The notes beneath the pieces were generated by a model. It saw only the letters and a program-made list of their open reading frames with translations. It searched no databases and was not told where the DNA came from. A stretch of DNA of 32,000 bases from Rhodobacter capsulatus SB 1003 (lineage in GTDB: Bacteria; Pseudomonadota; Alphaproteobacteria; Rhodobacterales; Rhodobacteraceae). Shown one piece after another: positions 10,205 through 17,594 of the stretch. The DNA lies in assembly GCF_000021865.1 (NCBI RefSeq), contig NC_014034.1, forward strand, positions 2,010,001 through 2,042,000, read 5' to 3'. Both the position numbers and the translations under genes were made by a program. How positions within the stretch are numbered: the first letter of the stretch is position 1; each line of letters opens with the position of its first letter.

Positions 10205-10220
10205 GTTACCCCTTGGTTAA
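10205..10220 (-). promoter_or_regulatory. Near-consensus CtrA-type box TTAA-N7-GTAAC
   Basis: The reverse strand reads TTAACCAAGGGGTAAC, against the CtrA consensus TTAA-N7-TTAAC (one mismatch). It lies 70-85 nt upstream of the ATG at 10135. On the plus strand it appears as TTGGTTA repeated at 11-bp spacing. Confidence 0.35.
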
Positions 10221-10293
10221 GAAATGGGGCGATCTCGAAAATTCTTTATAAACTCTAAAGATTTCCAAACGCAGCGTTCGGTTGAGCGAATAT

Positions 10294-10324
10294 TTGCGCA
10301 ACACCCGTTTTGGTTGCGCAACAC
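10294..10324. promoter_or_regulatory. Two copies of TTGCGCAACAC (palindromic core TTGCGCAA) spaced 20 bp apart; candidate operator
   Basis: Exact 11-mers at 10294-10304 and 10314-10324. TTGCGCAA is its own reverse complement. Located 28-58 nt upstream of the DUF6477 ATG. Confidence 0.3.
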
Positions 10325-10351
10325 TGATCCGGACCGAGTGAGGGGATCACG

Positions 10352-10660
10352 ATGACCGACCAGATCGACCAGATGGCGCGTCTGCGCCGTCCGAAACTGC
10401 TGATCCGGGCCGCACGCTTCGGGCAGCGCGATTACGACCGCAACCGCGATCTGCGCCGACTTTTGGCGACGCGCGAGCTGCCCGGCCCCGAAGCGGCGCT
10501 GCGCCTGCTGATGGCCGAGGAAGACGGGCTGGAAGCGGCGCGTCAGGCCGGAGAGGCCGGCTACAGTTTCCTGCGTCACATCGAGGTGCTGATCGCGATG
10601 ATGGCCGAGGCGCGGGGGCTGCCGCAAGCCCGGCAGCCCGCGCAGATCCGCGTCGCCTGA
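10352..10660 (+). CDS. DUF6477-family small protein
   Basis: 102 aa. SD GAGGGGA upstream. The sequence RLRRPKLLIRAARFGQRDYDRNRDLRRLL matches what I recall of the Rhodobacterales DUF6477 family. Divergent from the DUF6456 gene. Confidence 0.7.
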   Translation: MTDQIDQMARLRRPKLLIRAARFGQRDYDRNRDLRRLLATRELPGPEAALRLLMAEEDGLEAARQAGEAGYSFLRHIEVLIAMMAEARGLPQARQPAQIRVA

Positions 10661-10661
10661 T

Positions 10662-10689
10662 CCCCGATCAGCGCGCCCCGATCAGCGCG
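10662..10689. repeat. Perfect 14-bp tandem duplication CCCCGATCAGCGCG x2
   Basis: 10662-10675 is identical to 10676-10689. The second copy contains the stop codon (10682-10684) of the HerA-like gene. Confidence 0.9.
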
Positions 10690-12229
10690 CCTTGAACAGC
10701 GAGCCCAGCACCCCGCGCACGATCTGCTGACCGGCCTTGCTGCCCAGCTGCCGCGCCAGCGACTTGCCGAAGACCTCGGCGATGCTGTCGCTGCGCGAGG
10801 CCGACCCGGCCGGTCGGCGCGGGGCTGCGGGCTGGGGCTGCGGGGCCTCGAACCGGCGGGCGCGGTTGAACTCCAGCTTCGCCGCGGCGCCCCCCGCGGC
10901 GGCTTCGGCACCGGCCTTTTGCATCCGTGCCGTCAGGATCTCGAAGGCCGAGGGCCGGTCCACCGCCTGATCATATTTCGCGCCGAGGGGCGAGGCCGCG
11001 CGCAGCGCCGCGCGTTCCCCGGCCTCGAGCGGGCCAAGCCGGGACTGCGGCGGGCGCACCAGCGTGCGCTCGACCATGCCGGGCACGCCCTTCGGCTCCA
11101 GAAACGAGGTCACCGCCTCGCCGGTGCCGACCTCGCGGATCGCGGTTTCGGTGTCGAAGCGCGGATTGGGGCGATAGGTCTCGGCGGCGCGTTTCAGATC
11201 CTTCTGATCGCGCGCGGTAAAGGCGCGCAGCGCATGCTGCACCCGGTTGCCCAGCTGGCCCAGGATGTCCTCGGGCACATCGGCGGGGTTTTGCGTGATG
11301 AAATAGATGCCGACACCTTTCGAGCGGATCAGCCGCGCCACCTGTTCGACCTTGTCCACCAGCGCCTTGGGGGCATCGTCAAACAGCAGATGCGCCTCGT
11401 CGAAGAAAAACACGAACCGCGGCCGCTCGGGGTCGCCGACCTCGGGCAGATCCTCGAAAAGCTCCGACAAGAGCCAGAGCAGGAAAGTCGCGTAAAGCCG
11501 CGGGCTGCTCATCAGCCGGTCGGCGGCCAGAATGTTGACACGGCCGCGCCCGTCCGGCGCCAGCGTCATCATGTCGGCGAGATCAAGCGCCGGTTCGCCG
11601 AAAAACTGCGCCGCGCCCTGATTTTCGAGGATCAGCAGCTGGCGCTGGATCGCCCCCACCGACTCGGCCGAGATATTCCCGTAGCGCAGTTTCAGCTCGG
11701 CCGCGCGTTCGCCCACATGCACCAGCATCGCCCGCAGATCGGCCAGATCCAGCAGCGCCAGCCCCTCGGCATCGGCCAGATGAAAGGCGATGTTCAGCAC
11801 GCCTTCCTGCGCCTCGCTCAGATCAAGCAGCCGTGCCAGCAGCAAGGGCCCCATCTCGGTCACCGTCGTGCGTATCGGATGGCCCTGTTCCCCGAACAGA
11901 TCCCAGAACGTGACCGGACAGGCCCGGTAGGACAGATCATGGCCGATCGTGGCCGCACGTTTGCGAAACGCCTCGTGCAGCGGGCCGGTCTCGCTCCCCG
12001 CCGCGGCCAGGCCCGCAAGATCGCCCTTCACATCGGCCAGAAACACCGGAACCCCCGCGGCCGAGAAGCCCTCGGCCAGAACCTGCAGCGTCACCGTCTT
12101 GCCGGTGCCCGTCGCCCCCGCGATCAGCCCGTGCCGGTTGCCCGCCTTCAGCAGCAGCTCCTGCGGCTGGCGATATCCCTCGCCCCCGCCGCCGACGAAG
12201 ATCCCCGCCCCGGTCAGACCTGCGCTCAT
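10682..12229 (-). CDS. HerA-like ATPase, DUF853/YjgR family
   Basis: Start moved to ATG 12229 (MSAGLTGAGIFVGGG), preceded by GGGGGAA. Walker A GATGTGKT, Walker B-like FVFFFDEAHLLF. C-terminal Ala/Pro/Arg-rich tail. Confidence 0.88.
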   Translation of the reverse strand: MSAGLTGAGIFVGGGGEGYRQPQELLLKAGNRHGLIAGATGTGKTVTLQVLAEGFSAAGVPVFLADVKGDLAGLAAAGSETGPLHEAFRKRAATIGHDLSYRACPVTFWDLFGEQGHPIRTTVTEMGPLLLARLLDLSEAQEGVLNIAFHLADAEGLALLDLADLRAMLVHVGERAAELKLRYGNISAESVGAIQRQLLILENQGAAQFFGEPALDLADMMTLAPDGRGRVNILAADRLMSSPRLYATFLLWLLSELFEDLPEVGDPERPRFVFFFDEAHLLFDDAPKALVDKVEQVARLIRSKGVGIYFITQNPADVPEDILGQLGNRVQHALRAFTARDQKDLKRAAETYRPNPRFDTETAIREVGTGEAVTSFLEPKGVPGMVERTLVRPPQSRLGPLEAGERAALRAASPLGAKYDQAVDRPSAFEILTARMQKAGAEAAAGGAAAKLEFNRARRFEAPQPQPAAPRRPAGSASRSDSIAEVFGKSLARQLGSKAGQQIVRGVLGSLFKAR

Positions 12230-12317
12230 CCGTTCCCCCGTTGCTGCCCGGACCCGCTGTGGCCCGGCTCCCATGCGCCGCGAGAATACTTGTTTAACCC
12301 TTTTGTGCCAGTGTGGT

Positions 12318-12395
12318 TTCGTTCCGCTTCGGGCCCATTGGCCGCGGAACACTTCCTCCCTGTCAGACTGGCCGCGCCTTCGGGCGCGGTTTTTT
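12318..12395 (+). ncRNA. Candidate trans-acting sRNA with a CUUCCUCCCU (anti-SD-like) single-stranded stretch
   Basis: 5' hairpin GTTCCGC(12321-27)...GGCC-CATT-GGCC...GCGGAAC(12344-50). Then unpaired ACUUCCUCCCUGUCAGACU. Then an intrinsic terminator GCCGCGCC-TTCG-GGCGCGGT + T6 (12371-12395). No plus-strand gene lies upstream that it could terminate. The 5' end is not defined. Confidence 0.35.
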
Positions 12396-12451
12396 CGCTT
12401 TCGCGCGCAAGATCGGGACCAAAATCGCGCGCGGCCGATCATTTTTGCGTG

Positions 12452-12480
12452 TTGACCTGCGGGATATTCCGCACTAGCGT
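12452..12480 (+). promoter_or_regulatory. Sigma70-like promoter TTGACC-N17-TAGCGT
   Basis: TTGACC at 12452-12457, 17-nt spacer, TAGCGT at 12475-12480. Reads toward the IalB-family gene. Confidence 0.35.
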
Positions 12481-12511
12481 TTCCGCAATGACATAGTCGG
12501 CCAGTCCGGCA

Positions 12512-12559
12512 GGGGGAATACGGGGCTCCGGTCAACGGAGCCCTTCTTATTCGGCCCCC
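12512..12559 (+). terminator. Extended hairpin with U-tract (attenuator, or terminator of a short transcript)
   Basis: Inner stem GGGCTCCG(12523-30)/CGGAGCCC(12536-43), loop GTCAA, then TTCTTATT. An outer helix is possible: GGGGGAATA(12512-20) with TATT..CCCCC(12548-59). Lies about 30 nt downstream of the predicted promoter and 115 nt upstream of ATG 12675. Confidence 0.4.
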
Positions 12560-12674
12560 ATCCTCACGCAAGTTTCACCGCCCGCATCGGCCGCCGCGCC
12601 GGGACGGGCGCTTTTGCCCCTGACAGGCTTCGGGCGGCATGCTAAGGCGGCTCCATCCCCATGGAGGACATTTC

Positions 12675-13271
12675 ATGATCAAAAACACCGCTTCCCTTGC
12701 TCTTCTGCTGGCCGCCAGCCTTGCCGCGCCGATGGCCTTGGCCGAGGATGCCGCCGCCCCGGCACCGACCCCGGCGCCCGCGGCCGAAGCCTCCTCGCCC
12801 GCGGCTGAACCCGCCGCCGAGCCTGCCGCCGAACCCTATGTCAAGACCACGGAAGGCGACTGGAAAGTGCAGTGCATCCGCGTCGAAAGCGGTGACGAGC
12901 CCTGCGAGATGTTCCAGCTGCTGACCGACAAGGACGGCAACAAGGTCGCTTCGATCTCGGTTCTGGGGCTGCCGAAGGGCAAGGAAGCCGTGGCCGGGGC
13001 CACGATCGCGACGCCGCTCGAATCGGCGCTGACCGCCGGGGTGACGCTGCAGATCGACACGCAAAAGCCGATCACGCTGCCCTATTCCTTCTGCTCGCAG
13101 GTCGGCTGCTTCTCGAACGTGGTGCTGAAGGCGGCGGAACTTGACCTGTTCAAGAAGGGCAAGAAGATCGCCATGACCATCGTGCCGATGCGCGCCCCCG
13201 ATCAGAAGGTGGAGCTGGAAATCTCGCTCAAGGGCTTCAGCGCCGCCTGGGATGCGATGCAGCCGAAGTGA
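12675..13271 (+). CDS. Invasion-associated locus B (IalB) family periplasmic protein
   Basis: Start at ATG 12675, with SD GGAGGA at 12664-12669. Signal peptide MIKNTASLALLLAASLAAPMALA, Pro/Ala/Glu-rich spacer, and an IalB-type core (GDWKVQC...EPCEMFQ...SFCSQVGCF). Confidence 0.88.
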   Translation: MIKNTASLALLLAASLAAPMALAEDAAAPAPTPAPAAEASSPAAEPAAEPAAEPYVKTTEGDWKVQCIRVESGDEPCEMFQLLTDKDGNKVASISVLGLPKGKEAVAGATIATPLESALTAGVTLQIDTQKPITLPYSFCSQVGCFSNVVLKAAELDLFKKGKKIAMTIVPMRAPDQKVELEISLKGFSAAWDAMQPK

Positions 13272-13306
13272 TCCGAAACTAAGGATCGCCGCGCAAGATG
13301 TTGAAA

Positions 13307-13330
13307 GACGCCGCCTTTCGGGGCGGCGTC
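13307..13330. terminator. Hairpin between the convergent IalB gene and KAS gene
   Basis: GACGCCGCC (13307-15) / GGCGGCGTC (13322-30), 9-bp GC-rich stem. Flanking T content is modest on both strands. Confidence 0.5.
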
Positions 13331-14543
13331 ATGCTTTGGAAAGGATCAGCACCGCGTTCAGACCGCCAAAGGCAAAGGCATTGCTCATCACCGTGTCGAC
13401 CCGCGCCTGACGCGCCGTGCCGGGCACGACATCGAGCGGGCAGTCGGGATCGGCTGCGTCAAAGCCGAGCGTCGGCGCGATCACCCCGTCGTTCAACGCC
13501 ATCAGACAGGCCAGAAGCTCGATCGCCCCGGTGGCGCCGATGCAATGGCCGTGCATCGCCTTGGTGGAACTGACCGGAAGCCGCGGCAGATGCGCGCCGA
13601 AGATATCCGACAGCGCCGCCGCCTCGGTCTTGTCATTGGCCGCCGTGCCGGTGCCATGGGCGTTGACATATTCCACCGCCTCGGGCGGCAACCCGGCATC
13701 CGCAAGCGCCAGACGCATTGCCCGCGCCGCCCCCTCGCGCGAGGGCATGACGATGTCGCTTGCGTCCGAGGTCATGGCGAAGCCCTTGATCTCGGCCAGA
13801 ATCTCGGCGCCGCGGGCCTTGGCGCCTTCGAGCGTTTCAAGCACGAAGACGCCTGCGCCCTCGCCCTGCACCATGCCGTTGCGGCTGGCGCTGAACGGGC
13901 GGCAGCCGTCGGGCGACATCACCCGCAGCCCTTCCCAGGCCTTCAGCCCGCCGAAATTCAGCATCGATTCCGCCCCGCCCGCCAGCATGCCATCGGCGAG
14001 CCCCGCGCGGATCATCTGAAACGCCAGACCCAGCGCATGGTTCGAACTGGCGCAGGCCGTCGCCACCGCGAAACTGGGCCCCATCAGCCCGAATTCCATC
14101 GAAAGATGCGACGCCGCCGCATTGCCCATCAGCCGCGGCACGGTGAAAGGATGCACCCGGTTCTTGCCCTCGGCATAAACCGCGCGATAGGCCTCGTTCA
14201 CCGTCGCATTGCCGCCGCCCGCGGTGCCGATGATCGCACCCCAGCGGGTGTGATCACAGCTTTCCTGCGGCTGCCCCGCCTGCGCCATCGCCTGCCGCGC
14301 CGCGACCAGCGCGAATTGCGTGAAGCGGTCGTAAAGCGACAGCTTGCCCTTGTCGAAATGGCTTTCGGGGGCAAAGTCCCGCACCTGCGCGCCGATCCGG
14401 ATCGTCAGCCGCTCGACATCGGGAAAGTCGAGCGGCCCGATGCCGCACCGCCCCTCTGCCATCGCGGCGAAGGTGCCCTGCACATCCGGGGCCAGCGCAT
14501 TGACCGTTCCGGCCCCGGTGATGACGACACGTCTTTGGGTCAC
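13329..14543 (-). CDS. Beta-ketoacyl-ACP synthase (KAS I/II type, elongating)
   Basis: 404 aa. Cys-His-His triad contexts ATACASS, NAHGTGT, HGHCIGATG. The GTG start overlaps the ACP stop (GTGA). Confidence 0.93.
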   Translation of the reverse strand: MTQRRVVITGAGTVNALAPDVQGTFAAMAEGRCGIGPLDFPDVERLTIRIGAQVRDFAPESHFDKGKLSLYDRFTQFALVAARQAMAQAGQPQESCDHTRWGAIIGTAGGGNATVNEAYRAVYAEGKNRVHPFTVPRLMGNAAASHLSMEFGLMGPSFAVATACASSNHALGLAFQMIRAGLADGMLAGGAESMLNFGGLKAWEGLRVMSPDGCRPFSASRNGMVQGEGAGVFVLETLEGAKARGAEILAEIKGFAMTSDASDIVMPSREGAARAMRLALADAGLPPEAVEYVNAHGTGTAANDKTEAAALSDIFGAHLPRLPVSSTKAMHGHCIGATGAIELLACLMALNDGVIAPTLGFDAADPDCPLDVVPGTARQARVDTVMSNAFAFGGLNAVLILSKA

Positions 14544-14815
14544 GCCAGCGCCGCCTGCGGCCCCGAGATCAGCCGCTCGACCGCGCGCACGATCGCGCCG
14601 ACCGAGGAAATGTCGAACTCGCCTTGCGTCGGTTCGTTGGCGTTGAAGGGAACGGAAACCCCGAAGGTTTCCTCGATCGCGAAGATCATCTCGACAAGGC
14701 CGAGACTGTCGAGCCCCAACTCGTCAAGCGTCATGTCCGGGCGCACTTCCGCCGGTTCCATCGCAGCTTCGCGGGCGATGATCGAGAGAATCTTGTCCTG
14801 CACGTCGGGCCTCAT
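14540..14815 (-). CDS. Dedicated acyl carrier protein
   Basis: Start at ATG 14815 (MRPDVQDKILSII), 91 aa. Phosphopantetheine site DSL in LGLDSLGLVEM. Lies 7 nt after the LpxD-paralog stop. Confidence 0.88.
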   Translation of the reverse strand: MRPDVQDKILSIIAREAAMEPAEVRPDMTLDELGLDSLGLVEMIFAIEETFGVSVPFNANEPTQGEFDISSVGAIVRAVERLISGPQAALA

Positions 14816-14822
14816 CTGGCTG

Positions 14823-15923
14823 TTACTCCGTGCCCTTCTTCTGCGTGAGATTTGTAACAGTTTCCCGAAGTTCGGCCATTTGCGCAAAGAGTCGCGGCAG
14901 ACGGCGGATGTTCTTCCAGGCTTCGACATGGGTTTCCATCTTCACCGCCGGATAGCCGAGCAAAACCCGGCCCGCGGGGGCATTGGTGAAGATCTTGGTG
15001 GCGCCGCCCGCGATCACGTCATCGCCGATGAAGATATTGTCGTTCACCCCGCATTGGCCGCCCAGCACCACCCGGTCGCCGATGCGCGAGGAGCCCGCGA
15101 TGCCGACCTGACCGCAGAGCAGGCAGTCGCGGCCGATCTGCACATTGTGGCCGATGTGGACCAGGTTGTCGAGCTTGGTGCCCGAGCCGATCATCGTCGC
15201 CCGCACCGTGCCGCGGTCGATGCAGACATTGGCGCCCAGTTCCACATCATCGCCGATGACGACGGTGCCAAGGCTGTGAATCCGGGTCCAGCTTTGTTCG
15301 GTGATCGTGTCGCGCTGGCCCAATGTCTCGCGGATTTCCTCGACCCCGGATTTTTCCGGCGTGACGAAGGAAAACCCGTCGGCGCCGATCACCGCGCCGG
15401 GCTGGGCGATGAAACGATCGCCCACCACCACGCGGGCGCCGATCTTTACGCCTTGCAGAACAAGGGCTTCTTCGCCGATCTTCACATCCTCGGCAATGCA
15501 GGCATGGGCCGCGATCCGGGCCCGGTCGCCGATGCGGACGCCCCGCCCGATGACGACAAAGGGGCCGATGGCCGCCCCCGCGCCGATCTCGGCCGTGGGG
15601 TCGATGACGGCACTCGGATGGATGCCGGGCGCGATCTCGGGGCCGGGGTCGAAGGCCTTCGACAGCCCCGCCATGGCAAGCCGCGGCCGGGCGACAAAGA
15701 TCGCCGCCTTCAGCCCCAGCGCCTGCCAATCCGTGCCCTCGGGCAGGATCGCCGCCAGCGCCTGACCGGCGGCCAGCCCCGGGATGTATTTCGCGCTCAT
15801 CGCCAGCGCGATCTGCCGCGGCCCCGCCGATTGCGGCTCCGAAGCGCCCTCGATGGGCAGGGAAAGATCGCCTTCCGCACGCGCAGCAAGCGCCCGTGCA
15901 ATGGTTTCGACCGTCTGCGCCAT
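14823..15923 (-). CDS. LpxD-family UDP-3-O-acylglucosamine N-acyltransferase paralog
   Basis: 366 aa. LpxD-type N-terminal domain, hexapeptide-repeat left-handed beta-helix, catalytic His context HIGHNVQIG. There is an extra ~25-aa segment (PEKSGVEEIRETLGQRDTITEQSWTRIH) relative to the classical LpxD I know. It is not in the usual bamA-lpxD-fabZ-lpxA context. Confidence 0.85.
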   Translation of the reverse strand: MAQTVETIARALAARAEGDLSLPIEGASEPQSAGPRQIALAMSAKYIPGLAAGQALAAILPEGTDWQALGLKAAIFVARPRLAMAGLSKAFDPGPEIAPGIHPSAVIDPTAEIGAGAAIGPFVVIGRGVRIGDRARIAAHACIAEDVKIGEEALVLQGVKIGARVVVGDRFIAQPGAVIGADGFSFVTPEKSGVEEIRETLGQRDTITEQSWTRIHSLGTVVIGDDVELGANVCIDRGTVRATMIGSGTKLDNLVHIGHNVQIGRDCLLCGQVGIAGSSRIGDRVVLGGQCGVNDNIFIGDDVIAGGATKIFTNAPAGRVLLGYPAVKMETHVEAWKNIRRLPRLFAQMAELRETVTNLTQKKGTE

Positions 15924-15971
15924 GGATCTTGCCTCTCGTTGACCGGCGCCGTCCCGCGCCTCGTCCCCGAT

Positions 15972-17594
15972 TTAATTCGTCAGCGGCGCCAATGCCACCC
16001 CCGCCTTGTCCAAAGCGGCAAAGAGCGCGGCATCCCGCCCGTAGACATCGTCACGATATTCGATCCGGCCCTGGGCATTCGGGAAGGCGGTGAAATAGAC
16101 CAGATGCACCGGCACCGGATCGCGCAGCTTCACCGTCGTCTCGGCGCCGGTCTTCAGCACCGATTTGAAATAGCCCTCGGGGTCGGCTTCCTGCGCGGCC
16201 AGAAGCGCATAGGCCAGATCGAAGGGCCGACCGACCCGGATGCAGCCATGGCTGAAGGCGCGGACATCCTTTTGAAACAGGGATTTCGACGGCGTGTCAT
16301 GCAGATAGATGTTGTAGGGATTGGGGAAGAGGAACTTCACCAACCCCAGCGCATTGCCGTTCGAGGGCGGCTGACGCATCGCAAAGGGGAAGTTGCGCGC
16401 GTTATAGGCGGCGAAATTCACCGACTCGCGCGCCACCGCCCGGCCCCGGCTGTCGACCAGCTGGATATGCCCCGCCGCGCCCGGATTGCGCTGCATCATC
16501 GGCAGATATTCCTTGACCGTGATCGAGCGCGGCACCGACCAGCTCGGGTTGATCACCATCATCTCCATCACGTCGGAAAATTCCGGCGTGCGGCGGTCGC
16601 CCTGGTTCATGCCGACCACGGTCACCGTCTCGAAGCTCATCTTGCCGTCATCGACGATGCGGGCGGTGAAATCGGGCAGGTTCACCCAGATGTGCCGCTT
16701 GCCCAGATCGAGGCCGTTCATCCAGCGCAGCCGCTCCAGCGCCACAAGGATCGATTTCATCCGCTCCTCGGGGGTGCGGTTGATCCGCGCCAGCGTACCC
16801 TCGCCCGCGACGCCATCGGCCTTGATCCCCTGATCCAGCTGATAGGTCTGCACCGCCCGGTGCAGATCGCCGTCATAGGTCGCGCTGACCGAACGGCGCA
16901 GATAGCCCATGCGGATCAGCCGGTCGCGCAGCGCGATGACGCCCGGGCCGCTGTCGCCCGGGCCAAGCCGCTTCGCCGCGACTTCGGGGCCCCAGCCGCC
17001 CGTGGCGATCTCGGCCTGCAGATCAAGCCGCGCCTTGACCAGCGCCGCATAGCGCGGCGATTTCGGCGCCAGATCGCGCAGGAACCGTGCCGGCGCAGGG
17101 CTGGCAAGCAGCCCGTTCAAAAGCGCCTGCGGATCGGGGCGGCGGATCTCGCGCACGATCCCGGCATCAATCTTCTTCGGCTCGAGCGCGCCCGAGGAAA
17201 TGTCCCGCGCCCAAGCGAGATAGGCCAGCGACATCGCCGCATCCAGCTGACCGCGTTCGCGTTCGGTCTCGATCGCGGCGAACCGGGCGCGCAGCTCCTC
17301 GGCGCGATAGCGCGCCACCGGCAGGCCATTGGCATCGGCCTGATCCAGCGCGGCAAAGAAGGCCGCCCGCCGCGACGCGGCCTCGGCGGTGGTCCAGAGC
17401 GGCGCATGGCCACGCGCGGCATAAAAGGCGGCCAGCGCGGGCTCGGCCGCCGCCGTTTCCGCCACCGCCTGGGCAAAGCCCGAAAGCATCTGCGCCCGGG
17501 CCGGACCCGCCGCCACAAAGGGCGCCAGCGCCGCCCCGGCCATCATCATCGCAACAAGGGCAGCCCGGCCAACCCCAAGACAAGATGCAGTCAT
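15972..17594 (-). CDS. L,D-transpeptidase, YcbB/LdtD-like (PG-binding + YkuD domains)
   Basis: Start at ATG 17594 (MTASCLGVGRAALVAMMMAGAALAPFVAAGPARA, a signal peptide). PG-binding region (LRDRLIRMGYL...VQTYQLDQGIKADGVAG). YkuD catalytic SHGCIRV. Confidence 0.9.
   Translation of the reverse strand: MTASCLGVGRAALVAMMMAGAALAPFVAAGPARAQMLSGFAQAVAETAAAEPALAAFYAARGHAPLWTTAEAASRRAAFFAALDQADANGLPVARYRAEELRARFAAIETERERGQLDAAMSLAYLAWARDISSGALEPKKIDAGIVREIRRPDPQALLNGLLASPAPARFLRDLAPKSPRYAALVKARLDLQAEIATGGWGPEVAAKRLGPGDSGPGVIALRDRLIRMGYLRRSVSATYDGDLHRAVQTYQLDQGIKADGVAGEGTLARINRTPEERMKSILVALERLRWMNGLDLGKRHIWVNLPDFTARIVDDGKMSFETVTVVGMNQGDRRTPEFSDVMEMMVINPSWSVPRSITVKEYLPMMQRNPGAAGHIQLVDSRGRAVARESVNFAAYNARNFPFAMRQPPSNGNALGLVKFLFPNPYNIYLHDTPSKSLFQKDVRAFSHGCIRVGRPFDLAYALLAAQEADPEGYFKSVLKTGAETTVKLRDPVPVHLVYFTAFPNAQGRIEYRDDVYGRDAALFAALDKAGVALAPLTN

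Noticed and set aside
10682-12229. HerA-like ATPase as part of an anti-phage defence system (e.g. Sir2-HerA or DUF4297-HerA)
   Set aside because: This is the stand-alone DUF853/YjgR type. No nuclease, Sir2 or other effector partner lies adjacent, and the neighbours are conserved core genes.
12294-12338. 14-codon minus-strand mini-ORF (MGPKRNETTLAQKG) downstream of GGGAGGAAG, as an upstream ORF of the HerA-like gene
   Set aside because: The SD-to-ATG spacing is about 13 nt, which is too long. The same DNA is better explained as the seed region and 5' hairpin of a plus-strand terminated transcript. It cannot be fully excluded without expression data.
12790-12836. Short tandem repetition encoding PAAEPAAEPAAEP (considered as a repeat array)
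   Set aside because: It is an imperfect 12-bp coding repeat inside the Pro/Ala-rich linker of the IalB-family protein. It is a low-complexity linker, not a CRISPR or a regulatory array.
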